This document shows positions 35,801-46,330 of a DNA stretch of 64,000 nucleotides, piece by piece (position 1 is the stretch's first letter; the number at the start of each line of letters is the position of its first letter). Made by a program: the position numbers and the translations under genes. Under the pieces are notes generated by a model, which did not search any database, was not told the origin of the DNA, and worked only from the letters and a program-made list of their open reading frames with translations. Source of the stretch: Squalus acanthias (taxonomy: Eukaryota); the NCBI GenBank assembly GCA_030390025.1, contig JASTWF010000036.1, positions 2,170,001 to 2,234,000 on the forward strand, read 5' to 3'.

Positions 35801-38800
35801 CCGTGTTCAGTTCTGTAGCACTGTGTTCAGTTCTGGAGCACCGTGTTCAGTTCTGCAGCATTGCGTTCAGTTCTGGAGCACTGTGTTCAGTTCTGGAGCA
35901 CTGTGTTCAGTTCTGTAGCACTGTGTTCAGTTCTGGAGCACTGTGTTCAGTTCTGTAGCACTGTGTTCAGTTCTGGAGCAATATGTTCAGTTCTGGAGCA
36001 CTGTGTTCAGTTCTGGAGCAATATGTTCAGTTCTGGAGCACTGTGTTCAGTTCTGGAGCACCGTGTTCAGTTCTGGAGCACTCTGTTCCGTTCTGGAGCA
36101 CTATGTTCAGTTCTGGAGCATTGTGTTCAGTTCTGGAGCACCGTGTTCAGTTCTGGAGCACCGTGTTCAGTTCTGTAGCACTGTGTTCAGTTCTGGAGCA
36201 CCGTGTTCAGTTCTGGAGCACTGTGTTCAGTTCTGGAGCACTGTGTTCAGTTCTGGAGCAATATGTTCAGTTCTGGAGCACCGTGTTCACTTCTGGAGCA
36301 CTGTGTTCAGTTCTGGAGCACCGTGTTCAGTTCTGGAGCATTGTGTTCAGTTCTGGAGCACCGTGTTCAGTTCTGGAGCATTGTGTTCAGTTCTGGAGCA
36401 CCGTGTTCAGTTCTGGAGCACCGTGTTCAGTTCTGGAGCACCGTGTTCAGTTCTGGAGCACTCTGTTCAGTTCTGGAGCACCGTGTTCAGTTCTGGAGCA
36501 CTGTGTTCAGTTCTGGAGCACTGTGTTCAGTTCTGGAGAACCGTGTTCAGTTCTGGAGCACCGTGTTCAGTTCTGTAGCACTGTGTTCAGTTCTGGAGCA
36601 CCGTGTTCAGTTCTGCAGCATTGTGTTCAGTTCTGGAGCACTGTGTTCAGTTCTGGAGCATTGTGTTCAGTTCTGGAGCACCGTGTTCAGTTCTGGAGCA
36701 CTGTGTTCATTTCTGTAGCACTGTGTTCAGTTCTGGAGCACTGTGTTCAGTTCTGGAGCACTCTGTTCAGTTCTGGAGAATTGTGTTCAGTTCTGGAGCA
36801 CCGTGTTCAGTTCTGGAGCACTGTGTTCAGTTCTGGAGCACTGTGTTCAGTTCTGGAGCACTGTGTTCAGTTCTGGAGCACCGTGTTCAGGTCTGGAGCA
36901 CCGTGTTCAGTTCTGGAGCACTGTGTTCAGTTCTGGAGCACTGTGTTCAGTTCTGTAGCACTGTGTTCAGTTCTGGAGCAATATGTTCAGTTCTGGAGCA
37001 CTATGTTCAGTTCTGGAGCACCGTGTTCAGTTCTGGAGCACCGTGTTCAGGTCTGGAGCACTGTGTTCAGTTCTGGAGCACTGTGTTCAGTTCTGTAGCA
37101 CTGTGTTCAGTTCTGGAGCACTGTGTTCAGTTCTGGAGCACTGTGTTCAGTTCTGGAGCACCGTGTTCAGTTCTGGAGCACTGTGTTCAGTTCTGGAGCA
37201 CTGTGTTCAGTTCTGTAGCACTGTGTTCAGTTCTGGAGCACTGTGTTCAGTTCTGGAGCACTGTGTTCAGTTCTGGAGCAATATGTTCAGTTCTGGAGCA
37301 CTGTGTTCAGTTCTGGAGCACCGTGTTCAGTTCTGGAGCACTCTGTTCCGTTCTGGAGCACTATGTTCAGTTCTGGAGCATTGTGTTCAGTTCTGGAGCA
37401 CCGTGTTCAGTTCTGGAGCACCGTGTTCAGTTCTGTAGCACTGTGTTCAGTTCTGGAGCACCGTGTTCAGTTCTGGAGCACTGTGTTCAGTTCTGGAGCA
37501 CTGTGTTCAGTTCTGGAGCAATATGTTCAGTTCTGGAGCACCGTGTTCACTTCTGGAGCACTGTGTTCAGTTCTGGAGCACCGTGTTCAGTTCTGGAGCA
37601 TTGTGTTCAGTTCTGGAGCACCGTGTTCAGTTCTGGAGCATTGTGTTCAGTTCTGGAGCACCGTGTTCAGTTCTGGAGCACCGTGTTCAGTTCTGGAGCA
37701 CCGTGTTCAGTTCTGGAGCACTCTGTTCAGTTCTGGAGCACCGTGTTCAGTTCTGGAGCACTGTGTTCAGTTCTGGAGCACTGTGTTCAGTTCTGGAGAA
37801 CCGTGTTCAGTTCTGGAGCACCGTGTTCAGTTCTGTAGCACTGTGTTCAGTTCTGGAGCACCGTGTTCAGTTCTGCAGCATTGTGTTCAGTTCTGGAGCA
37901 CTGTGTTCAGTTCTGGAGCACTGTGTTCAGTTCTGGAGCACCGTGTTCAGTTCTGCAGCATTGTGTTCAGTTCTGGAGCACCGTGTTCAGTTCTGGAGCA
38001 CTGTGTTCATTTCTGGAGCACTATGTTCAGTTCTGTAGCACTTTGTTCAGTTCTGGAGCACCGTGTTCAGTTCTGGAGCACTATGTTCAGTTCTGGAACA
38101 TTCTGTTCAGTTCTGGAGCACTGTGTTCAGTTCTGGAGCACCGTGTTCAGTTCTGGAGCACTGTGTTCAGTTCTGGATCACCATGTTCAGTTCTGGAGCA
38201 CCGTGTTCAGTTCTGGAGCACTATGTTCAGTTCTGGAACATTCTGTTCAGTTCTGGAGCACTATGTTCAGTTCTGGAACACTCTCTTCAGTTCTGGAGCA
38301 CTGTGTTCAGTTCTGGGGCACTCTGTTCAGTTCTGGAGCACTGTGTTAAGTTCTGGAGCACCGTGTTCAGTTCTTGAGCACCGTGTTCAGTTCTGGAGCA
38401 CTGTGTTCAGTTCTGGAGCACTGTGTTCAGATCTGGAGCACTGTGTTCAGTTCTGGAGGATTGTGTTCCGTTCTGGAGCACTATGTTCAGTTCTGGAACA
38501 TTCTGTTCAGTTCTGGAGCACTGTGTTCAGTTCTGGAGCACTGTGTTCAGTTCTGGAGCACCGTGTTCCGTTCTGGAGCACCGTGTTCAGTTCTGGAGCA
38601 CCGTGTTCAGTTCTGGAGCACTGTGTTCAGGTCTGGAGCACTCTGTTCAGTTCTGGAGCACCGTGTTCAGTTCTGGAGCACCGTGTTCAGTTCTGGAGCA
38701 CCGTGTTCAGTTCTGGAGCACCGTGTTCAGTTCTGGAGCACTGTGTTCAGTTCTGGAGCACCGTGTTCAGTTCTGGAGCACCGTGTTCAGTTCTGGAGCA

Positions 38801-41800
38801 CTCTGTTCAGTTCTGGAGCACTGTGTTCAGTTCTGGAGCACTCTGTTCAGTTCTGGAGCACCGTGTTCAGTTCTGGAGCACCGTGTTCAGTTCTGGAGCT
38901 CTGTGTTCAGTTCTGGAGCACTGTGTTCAGTTCTGGAGCACCGTGTTCAGTTCTGGAGCTCTGTGTTCAGTTCTGGAGCACTGTGTTCAGTTCTGGAGCA
39001 CTCTGTTCAGTTCTGGAGCACTGTGTTCAGTTCTGGAGGACTGTGTTCAGTTCTGGAGCACTATGTTCATTTCTGGAGCACCGTGTTCAGTTCTGGAGCA
39101 CTCTGTTCAGTTCTGGAGCACTGTGTTCAGTTCTGGAGCACCGTGTTCAGTTCTGGAGCATTCTGTTCAGTTCTGGAGCACCGTGTTCAGTTCTGGAGCA
39201 CTGTGTTCAGTTCTGTAGCACTGTGTTCAGTTCTGGAGCACTGTGTTCAGTTCTGGAGCACTCTGTTCAGTTATGGAGCACTGTGTTCAGTTCTGGAGCA
39301 CCGTGTTCAGTTCTGGAGCACTCTGTTCCGTTCTGGAGCACTGTGTTCAGTTCTGGAGCACCGTGTTCAGGTCTTGAGCACCGTGTTCAGTTCTGGAGCA
39401 CTGTGTTCAGTTCTGGAGCACTCTGTTCAGTTCTGGAGCACCGTGTTCAGTTCTGGAGCACTGTGTTCAGTTCTGGAGCACCGTGTTCAGTTCTGGAGCA
39501 TTGTGTTCAGTTCTGGAGCACCGTGTTCAGTTCTGGAGCACCGTGTTCAGTTCTGAAGCACTGTGTTCAGTTCTGGAGCACTGTGTTCAGTTCTGGAGCA
39601 CCGTGTTCAGTTCTGCAGCATTGTGTTCAGTTCTGGAGCACCGTGTTCAGTTCTGGAGCACTGTGTTCATTTCTGGAGCACTATGTTCAGTTCTGGAGCG
39701 CTGTGTTCAGTTCTGGAGAACTGTGTTCAATTCTGGAGCACCGTGTTCAGTTCTGTAGCACTGTGTTCAGTTCTGGAGCACCGTCTTCAGTTCTGGAGCA
39801 TTGTGTTGAATTCTGGAGCACCGTGTTCAGTTCTGGAGCACTGTGTTCAGTTCTGGAGAACTGTCTTCCGTTTTGGAGCACTATGTTCAGTTCTGGAACA
39901 TTCTGTTCAGTTCTGGAGCACTCTGTTCAGTTCTGGAGCACTGTGTTCAGTTCTGGAGCACCGTGTTCAGTTCTGGAGCACTCTGTTCCGTTCTGGAGCA
40001 CTGTGTTCAGTTCTGGAGCACCGTGTTCAGGTCTGGAGCACTGTGTTCAGTTCTGGAGCACTCTGTTCAGTTCTGGAGCACCGTGTTCAGTTCTGGAGCA
40101 CTGTGTTCAGTTCTGGAGCACCGTGTTCAGTTCTGGAGCATTGTGTTCAGTTCTGGAGCACCGTGTTCAGTTCTGGAGCACCGTGTTCAGTTCTGTAGCA
40201 CTGTGTTCAGTTCTGGAGCACTGTGTTCAGTTCTGGAGCACTGTGTTCAGTTCTGGAGCGCCCTGTTCAGTTCTGGAGCACCGTGTTCAGTTCTGGAGCA
40301 CCGTGTTCAGTTCTGTAGCACTGTGTTCAGTTCTGGAGCACTGTGTTCAGTTCTGGAGCACTGTGTTCAGTTCTGGAGCACCGTGTTCAGTTCTGGAGCA
40401 CTGTGTTCAGTTCTGCAGCATTGTGTTCAGTTCTGGAGCACCGTGTTCAGTTCTGGAGCACCGTGTTCATTTCTGCAGCACTATGTTCAGTTCTGGAGCA
40501 CTGTGCTCAGTTCTGGAGCACTGTGTTCAGTTCTGGAGCACCGTGTTCAGTTCTGGAGCACTGTGTTCAGTTCTGGAGCACTGTGTTCAATTCTGGAGCA
40601 CTGTGTTCAGTTCTGGAGCACCATATTCAGTTCTGGAGCACCGTGTTTAGTTCTGGAGCACCATGTTCAGTTCTGGAGCATTGTGTTGAATTCTGGAGCA
40701 CTGTGTTCAGTTCTGGAGCACTGTGTTCAGTTCTGGAGCACTGTGTTCCGTTCTGGAGCACTATGTTCAGTTCTGGAACATTCTGTTCAGTTCTGGAGCA
40801 CCGTGTTCAGTTCTGGAGCACCGTGTTCAGTTCTGGAGCACCGTGTTCAGTTCTGGAGCACCGTGTTCAGTTCTGGAGCACCGTGTTCAGTTCTGGAGCA
40901 CCGTGTTCAGTTCTGGAGCACTATGTTCAGTTCTGGAGCACTGTGTTCAGTTCTGGAGCACTCTGTTCAGTTCTGGAGCACCGTGTTCAGTTCTGGAGCA
41001 CCGTGTTCAGTTCTGGAGCACCGTGTTCAGTTCTGGAGCACCGTGTTCAGTTCTGGAGCATTGTGTTCAGTTCTGGAGCACCGTATTCAGTTCTGGAGCA
41101 CTGTGTTCAGTTGTGGAGCACCGTGTTCAGTTCTGGAGCACTGTGTTCAGTTCTGGAGCACTCTGTTCAGTTCTGGAGCACCGTGTTCAGTTCTGCAGCA
41201 CCGTGTTCATTTCTGGAGCACCGTGTTCAGTTCTAGAGCACCGTGTTCAGTTCTGGAGCACCGTGTTCAGTTCTGGAGCACCGTGTTCAGTTCTGGAGCA
41301 CCGTGTTCAGTTCTGGAGCACCGTGTTCAGTTCTGGAGCACCGTGTTCAGTTCTGGAGCACTGTGTTCAGTTCTGGAGCCCTGTGTTCAGTTCTGGAGCA
41401 CCCTGTTCAGTTCTGGAGCACCGTGTTCAGTTCTGGAGCATTGTGTTCAGTTCTGGAGCACTGTGTTCAGTTCTGGAGCACCGTGTTCAGTTCTGGAGCA
41501 CTGTGTTCAGTTCTGGAGCACTGTATTCAGTTCTGGAGCACTGTGTTCAGTTCTGGAGCACTCTGTTCAGTTCTGGAGCACCGTGTTCAGTTCTGGAGCA
41601 CCGTGTTCAGTTCTGGAGCACTCTGTTCAGTTCTGGAGCACTCTGTTCAGTTCTGGAGCATTGTGTTCAGTTCTGGAGCACTGTGTTCAGTTCTGGAGCA
41701 CTCTGTTCAGTTCTGGAGCACTGTGTTCAGTTCTGGAGCACTGTGTTCAGTTCTGGAGCACTGTGTTCAGTTCTGGAGCACTGTGTTCAGTTCTGGAGCA

Positions 41801-42636
41801 TTGTGTTCAGTTCTGGAGCACCGTGTTCAGTTCTGGAGCACTCTGTTCAGTTCTGGAGCATTGTGTTCAGTTCTGGAGCACTGTGTTCAGTTCTGGAGCA
41901 CTGTGTTCAGTTCTGGAGCACTGTGTTCAGTTCTGGAGCATTGTGTTCAGTTCTGGAGCATTGTGTTCAGTTCTGGAGCACCGTGTTCAGTTCTGGAGCA
42001 CCGTGTTCAGTTCTGGAGCACCGTGTTCAGTTCTGGAGCACTATGTTCAGTTCTGGAGCACTGTGTTCAGTTCTGGAGCACTCTGTTCAGTTCTGGAGCA
42101 CCGTGTTCAGTTCTGGAGCACCGTGTTCAGTTCTGGAGCACCGTGTTCAGTTCTGGAGCACCGTGTTCAGTTCTGGAGCATTGTGTTCAGTTCTGGAGCA
42201 CCGTATTCAGTTCTGGAGCACTGTGTTCAGTTGTGGAGCACCGTGTTCAGTTCTGGAGCACTGTGTTCAGTTCTGGAGCACTCTGTTCAGTTCTGGAGCA
42301 CCGTGTTCAGTTCTGCAGCACCGTGTTCATTTCTGGAGCACCGTGTTCAGTTCTAGAGCACCGTGTTCAGTTCTGGAGCACCGTGTTCAGTTCTGGAGCA
42401 CCGTGTTCAGTTCTGGAGCACCGTGTTCAGTTCTGGAGCACCGTGTTCAGTTCTGGAGCACCGTGTTCAGTTCTGGAGCACCGTGTTCAGTTCTGGAGCC
42501 CTGTGTTCAGTTCTGGAGCACCCTGTTCAGTTCTGGAGCACCGTGTTCAGTTCTGGAGCACCGTGTTCAGTTCTGGAGCACCGTGTTCAGTTCTGGAGCA
42601 CCGTGTTCAGTTTTGGAGCGCTGTGTTCAGTTGTGG
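2900..42636 (+). repeat. Tandem satellite with 20-bp unit CTGGAGCAC[T/C]GTGTTCAGTT, ~1,990 copies, CR1-derived
   Basis: Uninterrupted head-to-tail array. Nearly constant 16-mer GTTCAGTTCTGGAGCA plus a variable 4-mer (CTGT, CCGT, CTCT, CTAT, TTGT, TTCT, ATAT...). Copy number estimated as length/20. Confidence 0.99.
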
Positions 42637-42767
42637 GCACCGCACCTCAGGAAGGATATATTGGCCTTTGAGGGGCGGGTGGGCAGTACAGATTCACCAG
42701 AATGATACCGGGGCTAAAATGGTTAAATTATGAAGGCCGGTTGCATAAACTTGGCTTCAATTCCCTT
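42613..42767 (+). mobile_element. CR1 LINE fragment continuous with the last satellite unit (5' part of host element)
   Basis: Reads LERCVQLWAPHLRKDILAFEG, then after a frameshift RFTRMIPGLKWLNYEGRLHKLGFNSL. Collinear with LEYCVQFWSPHYRKDVIALERAQRRFTRMLPGVENLGYEERLDRLGLFSL of the CR1 at 45635-45785. Confidence 0.9.
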
Positions 42768-43488
42768 GGGGGAAAAAATGGGTTGCGCCCCCTTTGGGGC
42801 GCTAACTTCGCTGCTTTTAGCGCCCTGAAAAAGTTAGCGCCCCCGCGCCCGAAATTGAATGGTAGCACCCCAAGCAGGAGGTGGGGCTACTGGAAGCTCT
42901 CCCCCTCCCTCTTGGGGCGCTGCCATTTAATATTGCGGCGCTACGTGCAGCAGCGCCGCCCGCGTCAGCTCATAGCGCCGCGGTACTGCAGGCCTCCCTC
43001 CCCTGATTAAAGGGGAGGGGCCTAGCGCAGTGCGCACCGGGACCCTGCTGGACCACCAGGGAGTGGGGTGCCGGGAAAAGAGCCCGGCACTCAAGAGGAG
43101 TACCGGGCTGACGGATTGCGGCCGGCACTCCGCAGGAGGAGGCCAGAGGGGGCAGGTGCTGGCAGGCGGCCCGAAAAAAAATGGCCGCCCGGCACCTGCC
43201 CTTTAATTATCACCGCCCCGGCCGCAAACACGGCACCCTGACCCTGTCGGACACAGCGTCCGGCGGTAGGTTAGGGGGCATGAACCACGTTTGCGGCCGG
43301 GGTGCGAGCGGGGTGCTGTGCACAGCGATGACGTCATCGCCGCGGGGCGCTATCAGCTATCGCAAAGCTCCTGCTGAATTTCGCGGGAGGCGTTCACGGC
43401 GCTGCGCCCGGGCGCTAGGGGCTTTGCGCCCCGTTAGCGCCCCCTCAGGGTACTAATAGGAGGCGCAAAGCAACCGAATTTTCCCCCC
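42768..43488. mobile_element. GC-rich non-autonomous DNA transposon (MITE-like) inserted in CR1
   Basis: Termini GGGGGAAAAAATGGGTTGC ... GCAACCGAATTTTCCCCCC form an imperfect TIR. Many TAGCGCC/GGCGCTA motifs. CR1 sequence resumes on both sides. Related copy at 54066-54870. Confidence 0.75.
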
Positions 43489-43490
43489 AA

Positions 43491-43892
43491 TGTTTAGAAG
43501 GTTGAGGACCGATTTAATCGAGGTGTTTAAAACGTTCAAAGGATTTGATAGGGTAGATAGAGAGAAACTATTTCCTCTGATGCGGGGGGGGGATCCAGAA
43601 CAAGGGGGTATGACCTTAAAATAGAGCTAAGCCGTTCAGGGGTGATGTCAGGAAGCACTTGTTCCACACAAATGGGGAGTGGAAATCTGGAACTCTCTCT
43701 CCCAAAATGCTGTGGATGATGGGTCAATTAAAATTTTCAAGACTGAGGTTGATAGATTTTTGTTCAGCAAAGGTATAAAGGGATGTAAAATAAAAGTAGG
43801 TAAACGACGTTGAGATACAGATCAGCCATGATCTAATTGAATGGCGGAAGAGGCTCTCGGGGCTGAATGGCCTCCTCCTGTTCCGATGTTCT
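43491..43892 (+). mobile_element. CR1 LINE 3' part (continuation of the satellite-hosting element)
   Basis: GTTTAGAAGGTTGAGG...GATTTAATCGAGGTGTTTAAA (FRRLRxDLIEVFK), TGGAACTCTCTC (WNSL), 3' UTR GATCAGCCATGATCTAATTGAATGGCGG...GGCTGAATGGCCTCCTCCTGTTCC. Several frameshifts. Confidence 0.88.
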
Positions 43893-44321
43893 GAAACCTC
43901 TGCTGAACAGAGGGTGGTGGGGTGGGCGGGGGTGTGGTGCAAGGTGACAAAAATGGAGCATTTTTGTCTACGATTGACTTTTTATTCAATCTTTCTTGCT
44001 GGGCACAGTACACACGGGGTCAAAATTAAGTTAGTTGATTCATCAAAACTGCAGAAAATATACATTATGATCAGGTACAACAAAGATGTTAATATGCATG
44101 TGTCGGTTGTTCCTGTGGAACAAAAGGCGGTTTAGTATGCTAACATATGTTGAGTACAGAACCATCGGTGTCATTTGGTTCTGCAGTGCCCTTCACAACT
44201 ATCCAGATACGTATAAATATCCAATTACAGATCCTGAGCTTCAAAGGGTTACTAAATATTGTGCTGTAAACGTCTGTGGTATTTGGAAGTCTGTGAATGG
44301 CCCACCAGCAAGTGTGGTTAT

Positions 44322-46187
44322 GAGAGCATGAAAAATTCTTGGCAAGTAAAATCAAGGAAAACCCAAAGATGTTTTATAAATATATTAAGAGTAAGAGGAT
44401 AACTAAAGAAAGGGTAGGGCCTATTCGAGATCATGAGGGTAATCTGTGTGTGGAGGCGGGAGATGCCGGTAGGGTTCTTAATGAATACTTTGCGTCTGTT
44501 TTCACAAAGGAGAGGGGCGAAGCTGACATTGCTATCAGCGGGGAGGAGTGTGAAATATTAGATGAAATAAACATAGTGAGAGAGGAAGTATTGAGGGGTT
44601 TAGCAGCTTTAAAAGTGGATAAATCCCCAGGCCCGGATGAAATGTATCCCAGGCTGTTAAGCGAAGCAAAAGTGGAAATAGCAGAGGCCCAGACCATCAT
44701 TTTTCAATCCTCTCTGGCTTCAGGTGTGGTGCCAGAGGACTGGAGGACTGCTAATGTGTTTAAAAAGGGAGAAAAGGGTAGACCGAGTAATTACAGACCA
44801 GTCAGCCTAACCTTGGTGGTGGGAAAATTATTGGAAAGAATTCTGAAGGACAGGATAAATCTTCATTTAGAAAGACACGGATTAATCAAGGATAGTCAGC
44901 ACGGATTTGTTAAGGGAAAGTTGTGTCTGACAAACTTGATTGAATTTTTTGAGGAAATAACAAGGAGGGTAGATGAGGGTAATGTGTTTGATGTCGTGTA
45001 CATGGACTTTAGCAAGGCTTTTGATAAGGTTCCACATGGCAGACTGGTCACGAAGTTAAAAGCCCATGGGATCCAGGGCAAAGTGTCAAGTTGGATTCGA
45101 AACTGGCTCGGAGACAGGAAGCAGAGGGTAATGGTTGATGGGTGTTTTTGTGACTGGAAGGCTGTTTCCAGTGGGGTTCCGCAGGGCTCAGTACTAGATC
45201 CCTTGCTTTTTGTGGTATATATTAACGATCTTGACTTGAATATAGGGGGTATGATTAAGAAGTTTGCAGATGATACTAAAATCGGCTGTGTGGTTGATAC
45301 TGAAGAAGGAAGCCGTAGACTGCAGGAAGATATCAATAAATTGGTCAGGTGGGCAGAACAGTGGCAAATGGAATTCAATCCGGAGAAGTGTGAGGTAATG
45401 CATTTGGGGAGGGCTAACAAGGAAAGGGAATACACATTAAATGGTAGGACACTGAGTAGTGTAGAGGAACAAAGGGACCTTGGAGTGCATGTCCACAGAT
45501 CCCTGAAGTAAGCAGGCCAGGTAGATAAGGTGGTTGAGAAGGCATACGGAATGCTTGCCTTTATTAGCCGCGGCATAGAATACAAGAGCAGGGGGGTTAT
45601 GCTTCAACTGTATAAAACACTAGTTAGGCCTCAGCTAGAGTACTGCGTGCAGTTCTGGTCACCACATTACAGGAAAGATGTGATTGCACTAGAGAGGGCA
45701 CAGAGGAGATTTACAAGGATGTTGCCGGGAGTAGAGAATCTTGGCTATGAGGAAAGACTGGATAGGCTGGGTCTGTTTTCCTTGGAACAGAGGAGGCTGA
45801 GGGGAGACCTTTATTGAGGTGTATAAAATTATGAGGGGCATAGATAAAGTGGATAGAAAGGACCTATTTCCCTTAGCAGCGGGGTCAAAAACCAGGGGGC
45901 ACAGATTTAAAGTAATTGGGGGAAGGCTTAGAGGGGATTTGAGGGGAAATTTCTTCACCCAGAGGGTTGTGGGGGTCTGGAACTCACTGCCTGAAAGGGT
46001 GGTAGAGGCAGGAACCCTAACCACATTTAAAAAGTACTTGGATGTGCACTTGGGATGCTGTAACCTGCAGGGCTACGGACCAAGAGCTGGGAAGTGGGAT
46101 TAGGCTGGATAGCTCTTTGTTGGCCGGCGCGGACACGATGGGCCGAAATGGCCTACTTCTGTGCTGTAACTTTCTATGATTCTATGA
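44322..46187 (+). mobile_element. 5'-truncated CR1 LINE, ~1.9 kb
   Basis: Contiguous ORF2 homology followed by 3' UTR GGGCCGAAATGGCC and a (TTCTATGA)2 tail. Confidence 0.95.
44339..46103 (+). pseudogene. Disrupted CR1 ORF2 reverse transcriptase
   Basis: Motifs KSPGPD, NYRPVSLT, QHGF, DFSKAFDKVPH, GVPQGSVL, FADD. Stop at 45509-45511, frameshift near 45810. Apparent short in-frame deletion at ANV-FKKG. No endonuclease domain. Confidence 0.93.
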
Positions 46188-46330
46188 AATACAGTTTCCC
46201 ATGTCCTTTAATCCAGTCTACAAATTAATTTTCAAGCTATACCTTGGACTGGATTGGATTAGCTCATCAGTCAGTCTTAAGCCATCAGAGATAAGGTCAG
46301 GAAATCCATGACAGCACACAGCCACTTCTA

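Noticed and set aside
2900..42636. CRISPR-like array (constant 16-mer plus variable 4-mer)
   Set aside because: No unique spacers; the variable part is only point variants of one sequence. No cas genes, and the context is eukaryotic.
3058..42733. Giant ORFs of up to 3321 aa as real genes
   Set aside because: They occur in all three frames as an arithmetic consequence of a stop-free 20-mer. Starts are mostly non-ATG, and stop-creating variants are tolerated.
42760..43495. Target-site duplication and superfamily assignment for the MITE
   Set aside because: G and C homopolymer ends blur the boundaries; no clear duplicated target is visible.
44339..46103. Active reverse transcriptase gene or prokaryotic RT system (retron/DGR) linked to the array
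   Set aside because: Ordinary 5'-truncated CR1 ORF2 with a stop and a frameshift. It is a different copy from the satellite host and matches the unit at only 16/20.
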